DNA of 64,000 bases from Piromyces finnis finn. Lineage: Eukaryota; Fungi; Neocallimastigomycota. The position numbers and the translations under genes are program-made. The notes below the pieces were generated by a model. It did not search any database. It had not been told where the DNA came from and saw only the letters and a list, made by a program, of their open reading frames with translations. This document shows, one piece after another, positions 40,120 to 54,500 of this stretch; the first letter of the stretch is position 1; each line of letters starts with the position of its first letter. Location of the stretch: positions 248,001-312,000 of the forward strand of contig MCFH01000034.1 of NCBI GenBank assembly GCA_002104945.1, in the 5' to 3' direction.

Positions 40120-40218
40120 AAAAAGGTTTTTTTTGAATAAAAAAAGCACATACGATATTAGTAGTGGAGGTGTCTTGGAATGAACGTTTTCACTTTTATA
40201 ATCATTATTACGAGACAT
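39614..40218 (-). other. Putative spliced transcription unit or structured RNA island of unknown type
   Basis: ATG at 40218, GTATGT donor at 40153, CTAAT-poly(T)-AG acceptor before 39844, and a GC-rich self-complementary block at 39640-39845. Only a 31-codon ORF results. Confidence 0.3.
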
Positions 40219-41427
40219 TAATAAAAAAAAAAAAAAAAGGAAATATCTTATTTGAAAACATTTCATTATTTAATTATACCTATGTATATTTTAAAGAAAT
40301 ATAATAATTATTATAAACTATAAATACCTTTTTAATATTTGTAGATAATAAAATATTATGCATTTTACATATAAAATAAAATTTAAATATTTTTCAAGTG
40401 AAAAGGAATAATTTGTTGTTTTAAATATTTTATTATGTATATTTTTCATTTGTATATTAAGAATTTCATTTTTGAAATACTAAAAAAAAAAAAAAAAGGA
40501 ATAAAATGAAAAGTAGAATATTATAAGCTATCTAATAAATAAAAGAAAAAATTATATATATAAGTAATACAATGAATGAACTGAAACATGAAAAATGAAT
40601 AGAAAATTTTTTTTATCATTATTTTATTTTATTTAATTGTTATGTTTGAATTTGCTATATCAAAGGAACATTAATATGCTACCATTGAACTTTTATATAT
40701 ATATGTATTAATATTGATTAATTACGAATAAAATATTTTTTAGTCTCATTCAATTTCTCATTTTCCATTAAAATTTCCTTGGAATTTAGCTAATGGGAAA
40801 AAAAAAAAGTAGTTTATAAAAAAATTAATTTTGTTGCTTTTAAAGTATTTTTTAAATATAATATGATGATCATATGAATAAATGAAAATTTCACATAGTT
40901 TATTGTAATTTATTCATAATTATCTATAATGAAGTAATTAAAAAACTAGTAGTCAAAGAAAAAGGATTAAAAATTTAATATAAACTATAAACTTTTTTTT
41001 AAATTTCATTTTTTAAATTTATGAAATTGGTGTATTAAAAAAACAGAAATAAAGTATAATAAAATAATAAAATAATAATAAAATAATAATAAAATAATAA
41101 ATAAATAATATAATATACTAATATAAAAAAATATGAAAATAAATAAATAAATAAATAAAATAATAGTAATAAAAGTAAGTTATTTAATAAATTTCAATAA
41201 ATTTTAAAAGTATATTAAACATTTCAATAAAATTATACTTTTCCCTTTTTTTTTTTTTTTTTACTCACTTATTATTTTTAAATAAATGTTATCATTAATA
41301 ATAAGAATAAAATATCTCAATATCAAGAAAATACAAAGGAAATAAATAGATATACTTCTTTTCAATAGCCAATAATTTATTAATTCAAATTATAGTATTT
41401 TGAAGTCATTAACCTTTTTTTTAAAAC

Positions 41428-44400
41428 ATGTTTGATTCATTATTTATATTAAATAAACAAAGGTAAAACCATATAATAATAATAATAATAAAAATAATAA
41501 TAATAAAAATAATAATAATAATAAAAATAATAAAAATAATAAAAATAATAAAAATAATATAAAATATATAACAAAGAATAAAAAAAAAATAAAATAAAAT
41601 AAAATAAAAATTTAATTGAATTACTTGAAATTTCATGCAAAACTTTCCCTTTATAATTATCCATCCTTTTACAATGAAATACTTTAAATTATATGGTAAA
41701 ACAAAACTAAAAAAAAAAAAAAAAAAGGAGAAATGTTATCACCATTAATGCGCCATTTATTTTTGATAATTACAAATAATATATATTTAATGGAATATAA
41801 TATATATTTCAATTTTTTAAAATAATTTTCAAGTTTATTTTCAAAAATGTGCCTAATAATCAAAAATTAAGCTTCATCATATATACATTTGAAAATTAAA
41901 TTTAATCACTTTGATATCTTTAATGAATGAATAATTATAAATTATACACTTTAAATCTCTAGAGTTTATTAATACAAAATTATGATAATTAGAAGCTTTT
42001 TTTTTTTTTTTTTTTTTATAATATTATTTTATAATATAAATAAAACAATATGATTAATAAAATATTATCATTATATATCATTATCTTCATAGACGAGTTA
42101 TAATAGAAAAACATTGGAAATCTATTATTAGTTCTTCAATTTTATATGATTTTAATGAAAAAGCTGATGCTGAAAAAGATAATAATATAATACCGTTCAC
42201 TCCATTACTTAATGGAAAATATTATGCTGCCCATATTCTTAGAAATGATGTTTATCTTGTTGCTATATTAAAAAATGAAGGTTTTTTTTTATATATATAC
42301 ATTCTATCAAAATGAAAATTTTATTATAAGCACTTTTGAATGTTTCTAACTTTATTTTAAATTATTATTATAATAAATATATTATAAATGTATACCAATT
42401 TTTATATTCTTATATTTTTATTTTATTTTTTTTTTAAAAAAAAATTATGTAAAAAGTTTTATCTATAATGGTGATAGAGTTTTTAGAACATATTTATAGA
42501 ACATTAAAGACTTATTTCAATGGATTTAATGAAAATATTATCAAAGAAAATTTTATTACTATTTATCAAGTAATAATTTATATTTTTTATATTAATACAA
42601 AAAAAAAGTTAAATCAAAATTTCAATTTATATATAAATAATTACTTTTGAATAACAGCAGCAGCAGCAACAACAACAATAACAATTTATTAATGTTTCAT
42701 TTACTATTATATTTTCTAAATAGATATTAGAAGAAATGGTGGATAATGGTGATCCATCATTAACAGAAATTAGTATGTTAAAAAGTATTATACCACCACC
42801 AACTATATTAACTAAAGTGATGAACAGTGTACAAATTCCAAAAACGTATGCCGATCTTTTTATCTTTTAAAAAAAAAAAAACATACATAATTTTAATATA
42901 CTAAATAGTTATTTTGATAGATCCATCGAATCCAAAAAATTGATATATATTTTTTATGGAATTAAATTTTAAAATAAACGTATTTTTTTTTTTTATATGG
43001 ATGAAAAAAAAAAAAAAAGTCTAATAACAGGTAAAACATCATTAACTCCATCAAAAATACCATGGAGAAGAGAAGGTATCAAATATGGTGGTAATGAAAT
43101 ATTTATTGATTTAAATGAAGAAATAAATATTATACAGGATTGGTAATTTCTTTTTGATAATAATAATAAAAATAGTATTTACTTTGTTGATTGTTATTTC
43201 TTCTTTCTTCCCTTTTTCCTCTTTTTTCTCTATTTTTATTTTTTAAAAAAAATTATATTTTAATATAACTATTTTTTTCTATCTATATCTATTTATCTAT
43301 AAACTAATAGTTGTACAGATACTATCACAAGAGGTTTTATCAAAGGAACTTTACATTGTGATTCTAAGCTTTCAGGTAATATTTTTTTGAATTAAAATTA
43401 TTTTCATATATATATATAAAGAGAAATTAATAATTTATAAATTTTATAATTTTATTTAAATTATTAGGTATGCCAGAGATTAGATTAACATTAAAAAATT
43501 CCAGAGTATTAGAAGATCAAACTTCTTGTTTCCATCCTTGTGTAAGGTATGCGAAATTCTTAAAAGACAGAGTACTTTCCTTTATTCCACCAGATGGTCG
43601 TTTTAAACTTATGGAATATACGTAAGTATTAATTTTTTATATTATAGTATTATAATCCTCAGTAGCTTTTTTTTTTTTTTTTTCTTTTTTTCTTTTTATA
43701 ACTAACATTTGATATTCTTTATTATTTTTTATTTTAACATGTAACTTTTTAGTTTAGATATTGCTCCTAATCAAAACTTACCTATATATATTAAACCACA
43801 ATATATTGTACGAAATGGTGAAGGAAAACTTGATGTATCTGTTACAGTTAGAAAAACAAGTGGAAAATCTGTTGAAGATTTAGTTATTAATATTGCATTC
43901 CCAAATAAGATTCAAAATCTTAAAGTTAAAAGTATTACCGGTGTAAATAGATTTGATCAGGAAGGAAAAGTATGTTTATATTTATACAGTATAACTTTAT
44001 TTTTTAATATCAATAAATTGACATAATTATTTTTTATAATGTAGAAGGTTTCATGGAATATTGGTAATGTTGCTGCTAGTCCAGCATCTCAAGTTTTCTA
44101 TTTAAATGCATCATTTACTAACCCAGATAAGTAAGTATATCTATATTTATAATTTAAAAAGAAAAAATATGTATATGGAAGACCCTTTTTTAAATTAATA
44201 TATAAATATATTATAATATCAGTGCCGATTTAAATGAATTTGAAAAATATATTACTGCTAATTTCAAAATAAATATGTATACTTTCTCTGGATTAAAGGT
44301 TGATTCTCTTAATATCGTTGAAGGTTATACAGCGTATAAAGTAAATATTAGAAAATATGTATAAGAAAAATGAATTCCTTTATATTTTAAATATATTCTT

Positions 44401-44478
44401 ACCTATCAATATATATATATATATCATTAGGGATTCCGTTCAGTTTCTCGTGCTGGACAATATGTTCTTAGACTTTAG
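41428..44478 (+). CDS. APM3: AP-3 adaptor complex mu subunit; multi-exon
   Basis: MFDSLFILNKQ (41428-41462) spliced to RVIIEKHWKS (from 42093); MVIEFL, IKENFITIYQILEEMVDNG, IPWRREGIKYGGNEIFIDLNEEI, FHPCVR, SFIPPDGRFKLMEY, YTFSGLKVDSL; ends RAGQYVLRL* at 44478. Confidence 0.9.
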
Positions 44479-45089
44479 CAAAATATTAAATTAGTTTATT
44501 TTATATACTTAACAAAAAAAAAACTATTTATATATATTTATAGAAATTTTATTATTCTTTTTTTTTAAAATATAAATACGACAACAATAGTTTAATTCTT
44601 AAGTAATGAGTATTTTGAGTAACAAAAAAAAAAAAAAAAAAAAAAAAGAAAAAAAAATAATTATAAAATAAAATAAAATAAATAAATAAATAGAAATAAT
44701 AAGAATTAAATATAAAAGAAAATACGTATTTATAAATGTTTATATAATAGTATTGTTTTTCATGAATATTTTATTGTTTTTAATAAATACAGATATATAT
44801 TATTTGATACATTTCATTTTTATTTATATATATAATAATGTTTAGTATTTTTTAGAGATAGTAATTAAAAAAAAAATAAAATAAAATAAAATAAATATAA
44901 TTAATAGAAAGTACAAAAACGATTAATTATTACTATTGATAAATATTTAAATAGCAAAAAAATAATTTTTTAAGAAAAGAAAATTAAAAAAAAAAAAAAA
45001 GAGAAAAAATAAAACTTAAAAATATATTTATAGTTTTCTATATATATATAAAATTACAAAATTTTTAGATTCAATATTTTTATATTATT

Positions 45090-45689
45090 TTATAAAATAA
45101 CACAACAATTCTTTTGATTTTCATTTTTTGTTGATTTTGATTTATTTGCAGATTGTTTTTGTTGTTGAATAAGTCGTATAATCATAGCATAACATTCATT
45201 TACATTACTTGGAGTTTTAGCACTAGTTTCAATATATTGACAATTCCATTCTGCAGCTAAAGCTTCCGCTTCACGAGTAGATACTTTACGAAGATGAGCT
45301 AAATCACATTTATTACCTACTAGGAGTAATGGAATATCTTCATTATCCAATATACGGCAAATTTGGTCTCTAAATTCTTGAGATTGAGCAAAACTTTCTG
45401 CTTCTGTAATAGAAAATACACACATAAATCCTTCTCCTGAACGATAATAATTATCTCGTATAGCAGCATATTCCTCTTGTCCAGCTGTATCTAAAATATC
45501 AATAAAGCATTCCTCACCATCATTAACAACCTTCTTACGATAAGAATCTGCTTTTGTTGGATCATATTCTTCAATAAAATCTCCATACATATATTGAAGG
45601 GTTAGAGCACTTTTACCTACACCACCTGCACCTACCATAATAATTTTATGAATCGGTGTGGTGGTGGCTTGAGTCTTTTTCTTTCCCAT
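45090..45689 (-). CDS. RAL: Ral-type Ras-family small GTPase
   Basis: 199 aa, intronless. [22 protein letters not shown], Ral-diagnostic effector loop [37 protein letters not shown] and C-terminal CCVIL CAAX box. Confidence 0.92.
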   Translation of the reverse strand: MGKKKTQATTTPIHKIIMVGAGGVGKSALTLQYMYGDFIEEYDPTKADSYRKKVVNDGEECFIDILDTAGQEEYAAIRDNYYRSGEGFMCVFSITEAESFAQSQEFRDQICRILDNEDIPLLLVGNKCDLAHLRKVSTREAEALAAEWNCQYIETSAKTPSNVNECYAMIIRLIQQQKQSANKSKSTKNENQKNCCVIL

Positions 45690-48600
45690 GGTTATACTGA
45701 ATATTTATATTAAACTTTTTTTTTTTTTTTTTCCTCTACAATATAAAATCCAAATAATGAATGATTATTATTATTATTTTTTTTTTTTTCGAAAATTATT
45801 GTTGAATTTATGGTTTTTATTATTAAAAATAATAATGAATAAGAAAATATTATCATATAAAAGTCATGAAATTCAAATTATGTTGATTTAGTGATTTATT
45901 GAATTAAATATATATATAATAAAAAAAAAAAAAAAAAAAATAGAAATGTACATTCAAAAGTTAGTTCAATGTTTTTTTTTTTTTTTTTTAAATATATATA
46001 TATATATATATAAAAGGAATTAATAAATATATATATTTCTCGTAATAGATATATTATATTTTATTTTATGATATTCTTATATTTAGTTATAAAATTAAAT
46101 GTTAATATTTTGTTTAATTATTATATCAACTATTGAAATATTGAATTTAGTATAAATTATATAAAATATTAAATTGCTTTTTCTTTTTTTCTTTTTTTAT
46201 TTTATTTTTGTTTTATTTTCATTTTACTTTAACTTTTCTTTCTTTATATAATAACTTATATTGCTTTATATATGTATCATCCATAAAAGTAAAATATATA
46301 TTATTAATTAAATATTATAAATTTATATTACTTTTTTTTTTTTCTTCTCTATGTATTTGTCGTACCAAAAATATAAAGAAATAGAAAAAGTCTTTTTAAT
46401 AGTGATTATGTATTTTTTTTTTATTTTATTCTTTTATTTTAATATTTTATAATTATACTATTACTCTATAATTATTTTTAATTTGGTATCGACACTTTTT
46501 TTTTTCTGTATATAATAAAATTTTAGAATTATATATTTTTAAATTATTTTTATTTTTATTCTATTTAAAGTTTTATAATGATACACATACACATATATAT
46601 TTAAAATATTTTAATATTATTCAAATAGACTTTTTTTTTTAATCTTATAATTTTAACTTTTTTTTTTCTTTCACATTTGTTAAAGAAGTCATTATCACAT
46701 TCCCTTCTTTTTATATTTATTTATCAAATATTTTATATAATAAAAACTTTTTAATATTTCTATCAAAAACATTAATATTCTCAGGCTTTTTAATTATCTT
46801 AGTAATAGTATTAAGACCTAGTTTTTTATATATTATATTAATTCTTTTTTCTTTTTTTCATTTTTTTTTTTTTTTTTTTCAATTGTATCCATTTATCTTT
46901 TAATTTCATCTCCCATATCAATGTTTCAATTATGGATTATACTTTAATAATTTAATGGAATCATTTTCTTTAATAAATTTTGTTTTAAATATTAAAATAT
47001 AATAAAAAAAATAAAAATAGTTTAAATAGTTGAATGTTAATTTGAATTGTTTGAAATAATAATAATTCTTTTTTTTTTTTGTAATAATAATTACAATTAT
47101 TCTTTTAATTACTTTTTTTTCTTTTAATAATATTATTTATTACATTCTTTTCTTTTTCATCATTATTATTATGGCCTATTGAATATTTTAAATTTTATTA
47201 ATAAAAATTAATTTTAATTTATTTAAAAGAGTAAAGACCTAATTATTATGGTATAGATTAATGAATTAAATTTAAAGGATAAAGGTATTATTCATAATAT
47301 TTTCCTGTTTCTTTTCCTTTTTTTTTATTTCTTTATTGTAGGTTTAAAGCTTAGTTTATAAAATATAAATAAATAAAATACTATAACCTTTTCCTTTACT
47401 TTTTTTTTTAAAAAATATAATAAATATATTAATAATGTACAGTATTGATGCTATATTTCTTTTTATATATATATTCTTTAATAATAGCAACCAAATTATT
47501 TAATTAAAAGTATTAATAATATTATAAAATTATAAATAAAAGCATTCAATTCTGTTATATATTCTTCTATTTCCTTTTCTTTCCTATTTTCCTTTGTTTT
47601 TCTTTTTTAAAAATATTTGATAATTAATTTTTTAATATATAAATTAAAAATTAAAAAATTTTATGTTGTACTACTTGAGAATGAATGATAATATATAAAA
47701 TTGTTATTATTATTATTTTTTTTTTTGGTTCAAACTTTGTTAAATTAAAGGAAAATTAAAAAAAAAGAAAAGAATTTTAAATTTAACAAAATATAAAATA
47801 GAAGGTATTATTCACTTTTATATATGAAAGAATACTTGTTATAAAATATATGAAAATTCAAATAATATATAAATTCAAAGAATTATAATATAAATTGGTT
47901 TAGGATTTCAGTGTCAATTTATAAAATTTCATGTAAAAAATAAAAATTACAAAACTTTATTTTTTGAAATTAAAAAATAACTTTATTGAAAAACAGCTTA
48001 CGGTGAAGTTTCTCCTCTCTTTTGAAGAATACAATAATTAATATTGCTACAACGCTTTTTTTTTTTTTTTTTTTTTTAGCAATAAAATATAAAATATAGA
48101 AATTTACATAATTTGAAATTTTTAAATAATTAAAGTTTAATTCTACATCAGATGTTATAAATAAAATCACATCATATTATCATTCACCTTTTATTATTAT
48201 TATTATTTTAGTTCTTCAATTTTATAATTATTTATGAATTATAATTCAATAAAAATCATTCAATTTATTATACCACAAACAATATCTTTTTAAAATCAAT
48301 TTCATTTTAATTTCATTTAATTATGAATTAAGAATTTTAAATTTAAAAATTAAATTTTTAATTTGGCAACAGTTACATTGCATTGCTAAATAAAATTAAC
48401 ACATTCAGATATCATATAATATAATCACTCACCACACAAAAAGATGATAATTGATATTATTAAAACATTAATCTTAAACAATGAAAATGTATAATTAAAA
48501 AAAAAAATAAATTATTATTATTGGATTGAAATTTAAAATTAAATGAAAATTATTTAAAAATCACCAATTCTTTTTCATTTAATATATATATATATTTGAA

Positions 48601-48750
48601 TACAACAAAAAGAAATATTTATTTTTATAAAATATGGAAATGAATTTTTATATATTTCATTAATTTTTCTTTGAAAATTAATCTTTTCATATTTATATAA
48701 CTTTTTTTTGAATTGTATTTTAGTACTATTAAAGATCTAAATTTAATATT

Positions 48751-49367
48751 ATGTCAGAAGCAAAAACAACTATTTATGTTGGTAAGTGGTTTATTTATTT
48801 ATTATTATTATATATTATATTTATGAATTTCTTTTCTTTTTTTTTTTTTTAGTTATTAAACTATACAATATATATATATATTTTAAAAAGGTAATCTTGA
48901 TGAACAAGTTACCAAAGAAGTATTACATGCTGCTTTTTTACCATTTGGTGAAATTGTAGATATTCAACTTCCACCTGATCCTTCATCTCGTAAATATACT
49001 ATGAAATAAAGAATTTTTATTTTTAAAGTATAATAATATTGTTTTATTATAATAAATAGTAATAGTATTATTATTGAAATGTATTCATATAAAGATGCTC
49101 AACACAGAGGATTTGCTTTTATTGAATTTGAAGAAGAAGAAGATACCCTAGCTGCTATTGATAATATGCATTTATCAGAATTATTTGGAAGAGTTATAAA
49201 GGTTAATTTAACTAAACCAACTAAATTAAGAGAAAATATGAATAAGCCAAGTAATTATTCTTATTTTAAAAATTTTATTACTATATCATTAGTTTTAAAA
49301 TTAAAATAATAATTATTTTATCTATCTAATAAAATGTATAATTTATTAATTATATTTTTCAATTTTA

Positions 49368-49446
<79 letters not shown>

Positions 49447-50533
49447 TTCTTTATTATAGTCTGGGAGGATGATGAATGGTATAAACTATTTAATTCAAAT
49501 AGAGTGATACTGCTTAATAAAAATGATTATATATATATGTTATTAACGTGATTATTTTAATTGCTCTATAACTTTTAAACTAGGCTTCAAAAATATGCTG
49601 GTCAGAAAGTTGCTGATCCAAATGCTGATCCAATAGAAATAACTCCATCAAATGTTCAAGATAAGAATGAAGTAGTTGAAGCTAAATTAGCACCAAGTCA
49701 ACAACCTAAATTAAAATTAACTAATCCAAGAGTTTATCTTGATATTACCATTGGTGGTGTTGCTGCTGGTAGAATCGTAATAGAACTTCGTGCTGATGTT
49801 GTACCAAGTAATTATTTAATTATATTATAATGATAAATTTCATAGGAATATATATATGTTATTGGTATTATAATATAATTATAAAGAAATTAACTCATTT
49901 TTTTTTTTTTTTTTTTTTTTAAAAAAAAAAGAAACTGCTGAAAACTTCAGAGCTTTGTAAATATCTTTTATTTATTTATTATTTATAAAGTTAACCCCCT
50001 TTTTTATGCTGATCAAATCTGTATTATATGTTTTTTTTTTTTTTTTTAATATTATTAAAAGATGTACTCATGACAAAGGATTTGGTTTTAGAAAGAGTAT
50101 ATTCCATAGAATTATTCCTCAATTTATGTGTCAAGGAGGTGATTTTACAAGAGGTATAGTATTATAAATAATTATTTAATTACTTTGATTTTGATTAAAA
50201 TCGTTTAAATAATATATGTATTAACAATCTATTGATAAATAAATCATTATATATATAATTTAAATATTTTTTAAATAGAAAATGGTACTGGTGGTAAAAG
50301 TATTTATGGATCAAAGTTTGAAGATGAAAACTTTATATTAAAACATACTGGTCCAGGTGTATGTAAAATAATGATAAAAATAAATGTTTTTTTTATAGAA
50401 TTTCTTCATTAAAGTATATATGTATATATGTTTTTTTATTTAATTAAAAATATTTAGATATTATCTATGGCTAATAGTGGTCCAAATACTAATGGTAGTC
50501 AATTCTTTATAACAACAGAAAAAACATCATGGT

Positions 50534-50565
<32 letters not shown>

Positions 50566-50811
50566 CTAAATATTGATTTAAATATGAATATCACCAATCT
50601 ATTATTATATAAATCTATAAATAATAATGACAATATATCTATATATATCTATATATACATATATTATTTAAATACTAGGCTTGATGGAAAACATGTTGTA
50701 TTTGGTCATGTTATATCAGGTTTAGATGTTGTAAGAAAAATGGAAAAGGTTGGTTCAGCATCAGGAAAGCCATCAAGAAAAGTAAAAATATCTGATTGTG
50801 GTGAACTTTAA
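48751..50811 (+). CDS. PPIE: Cyclophilin E (RRM plus peptidyl-prolyl isomerase; Cyp33/PPIE); multi-exon
   Basis: N-terminal RRM ([24 protein letters not shown]) plus cyclophilin domain ([56 protein letters not shown]). All exons join in frame at GT-AG junctions. Confidence 0.95.
49368..49446. repeat. (ATT)n microsatellite in a cyclophilin E intron
   Basis: Roughly 25 uninterrupted ATT units. Confidence 0.9.
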
Positions 50812-51264
50812 AAAAAAAAAATTTTTTTTAAAAACATTTATTATTGTTTTTTTTTCATGTAACAAACAAACAAACAAACAAACAAACAAAAAAAAATATA
50901 TATATATATAAACATTAAATTTTATTTCAATTCTTAAATATATATAACAAAATTTAATAAGAATATATGCTCTTTTTTTCTAATATATAATAAATACTTA
51001 ATTTATATTTAATGACACTATTAATAAATTAACAATAAAAAAAAAAACACATAAAATATATAAAAAAATAAAAAAGTATGAAAGATTAAGAAAATATATT
51101 ATAATATCAAGTTTTATTAATTATTTTGAAAATATTGGGTATTTAAAATTTATAAATACATTATTCATTTTTTTTTTTTTTAATTAGAAAATATAATCAA
51201 TTTGATATCTAAGAGTAACAAATAATTAGATACTTAGATACTTAAAAATAATCCATGAAAAAAG

Positions 51265-51297
<33 letters not shown>

Positions 51298-51553
51298 TTC
51301 TAATAAACAAATTAAAAAGATAAAATAAAAAACAACAGTAAAAAAAATAAGGAGAGTAGGAGAGAAAGAATGAAAGAAAAAAAAAGTTAATAGTACATTT
51401 ACATAAAAATTTTATGGAATAATAAATATATATATATATATAACAAAATATTTTTCTATTATGATAATATACTACGCTTGGTATTGAAATAATTTAATTG
51501 TATTATTATTATAATTATTTTTTAAAAATTAAAATTATGATATTAGGCTGTTA

Positions 51554-54500
51554 TTATTCATTTATAACGCTTCTACATATATATTTCCAATAGCAATATT
51601 GCTGATAAATTAATGAATCCTTGGTTATTATATCTGGTATAATTTCTAGATATATGTTATAATAATAATAACGATAGTAATTAATATACATATAAAATTA
51701 AAAAGAAAAAGTAATTTTTTTTAATAGTTATTTAACAGTATATTTATTTAAAGTATAACTATCACTATTAATATTTACCATCTGATGTTATAGAAGCGTT
51801 AGTAATAAGTTGATTATCTTTTTCTTTATTATCGAATGTTTTTTCTTCATTTTTCTTATCTGTTTCAAATAATGATTTTGTATAGTCATCTTCTTTTTTT
51901 GAATATTCCTATAAACATAAATATAATTTGACAATGTTAAAAGAAAAATTAAATTGTTAATATACAAAATTATAGGTACAATCATATATAAAATAAATAA
52001 GATTAATTACAATTGCTGAACAAAGGGTATCTATTAAATAGGTAGATGATGAATTTATGGATGGTGTTGGTGGTACTGTACTAATTAAATTTTTATGATA
52101 TAATTGTTGTATAATATCTTGGTGAAATAAAATTAAAGAATTTAACCACTTTATTAAATAATAGCATATAATGAATAAATAAATAGAGTATATTATGTAT
52201 ATAAATAAATAATTATTCAATACTTTGTTTAATTTACATTAATTTAATCAATTAATAACTTTGGTATATTATATACTCACATCTTCAATTTCTTTTGAAG
52301 ATTTATTTACTCTAAAGAAATTTAAAAGATTACAAGAAGCAAAAATAAATAAGAAAAAGTAATTTAATATATTTTAAAAAAATGTTTAAATATATATATA
52401 TATGAATACATACTTTTTTATGAAATCAAGCTTTATTTGTTCTTCCGTGGCTTTAAATCTTACTTCTGGTTTTAAAAATTTACTTGATTCTTTGGGTATA
52501 ACTATTTAAATGGATTTAACGATAAAAAAAAATATAAATTAAAATGGATTATTATTATTTTTTTTCAATTTTTAAAAACTAATCATTAATAATTTATAAT
52601 TTTCATTTTTTTTTTTTTTTTTACCTTTATTAATAATATTAGTTGACAATGATTCTTCATTCTTTAAATGAATATATATATCAGGATCAACGTCAGGATT
52701 AAATTTCATGTTCTTTTTTTTAATTTCTATTGATGAATTTTTTGAGGGATTATCATGTGAGAAGGGTTCATTATTTGTAATGAATTTTAGTACAACGCTT
52801 TCCTTTCTTTTTGAGTTATTTTCTTGTTTAGTATTACTAATAGCACTTGTGGTATTATAATCGCGGCTACGCTTTTTTGAATGTGAGGTAGTCAAATGAT
52901 TCATTTTGGAGTTATCCTTTTTCTTTTTTTGAGAAGATTTTTTAGTTGAACTTTGTACAGAGCTATCATTTTGATGAAGATTAGGGGAAGAGATATTTGA
53001 TTTTATTTTTTTATCTTGGGTATTAATAGGATATTTTAATTTTGGTTTGGGTATTGGATTTTTATCTTTATGATTTGGACATATCCATTTTTTTTGAAGA
53101 AACCATTTAAATTCTACATTATGAATAAGATGATTATTACTAAGATTTAAATTATACGCCTTCCTAAAAATATCTACAGGTTTATCAATTTGTACTATTT
53201 CACTGGGTTCTTTTGTATCATCTTTTATACATTTTTGATGGTAATATGATTTACAATATTCGCAATAACATTTTTTATCCTTATTGCATTGATTTTAAAA
53301 CAAATAATTTATATATATTATAAAAACATTAGGTTTAAGTATTCTTGTAATTATTTTTTTAATTTTGAAAATTATTATAATTTATTTAATTATAATTAAA
53401 TTAAAATTAAAGGTTTCCAGAATATTATTAACTAATTATTTACCTCTTCTTCTATTGTCTCTTGACATATTAAACATTTTGATGTTTTTGGTATAAATGT
53501 ATCAGAAGTTAAAAATGAAGTGAATTTTCCATCGTTACTATTAATAATGACAATAATTAAAAATGAAATATAAAAAGGTTATTACATATATATATATATA
53601 TATTTAAATTAATATTTATAAATTAATATTTAAATCTATAAATTATTATTACCTCATTTTCATTATATTCCATTCATATGAATTAATGTAATCCCCATTA
53701 TTTGGATTTTTTATTAAACCTTCAAACTCATTCACTATACTATCTGGAATTTCGAAATTCTTTTGATTCTTTTCTTTTAAATTTTCATGCAATGTGTTCC
53801 ACATATTATTGATATCACTCTATTTACATTAAAATAGAAATAATAAAATGTATTAATATAACCTAAAGAGAAAGTATATTACATATTACATAATATATAT
53901 GGTTTTACATTTATTTTTATTAATTGATTATAGTTATAGCTAGTTTTCATATTTTTTGGTTTCCTTCCACGACGTTTTGGTATTGGAACTGTTATTGGAT
54001 CTAAATTTTCTGGTGTTGATATATTAATAGATAAATGAGAAGAGGATACAGATGATATAGTTGATCTTTTTCTTCTTTTTCTTTTAGGAATAATTTCTGA
54101 TTCTATTGTGTTAGAATCATTTTCTTTTGTGATTTCTTTTTTAATTTTTTTTAATTTCCTTTTAGGTTTTGAGGTTATGATATTAGATGATGAAAAATAT
54201 GAATCAGAAATTAAAGAACTTAATGATGTAATTGATGAAGAATCATCAAAATATGAAATATCTTCTAATTTTTCTGTGCTTTCCAATGAATCAATTTCAG
54301 TATAGGTATCATTTTCTGTTTCACTAATACTTTCATTTTTCTGGATTTCCATATTTTTCTCATAATTTATCTCTTCCTTACTAAATGTTTCATTTTCAAT
54401 TATATAATCTGATTCATAAAATGATACTGAAGAAAGTGATGAATCTGAATCAAATAAATTGTCTAGATTCCCATTATTATTATTATTATTATTATTTAAA

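Noticed and set aside
42656-42690. (CAG)n(CAA)n run in an AP-3 mu intron as a cryptic poly-Q exon
   Set aside because: No downstream donor keeps the frame, and flanking exons join correctly without it.
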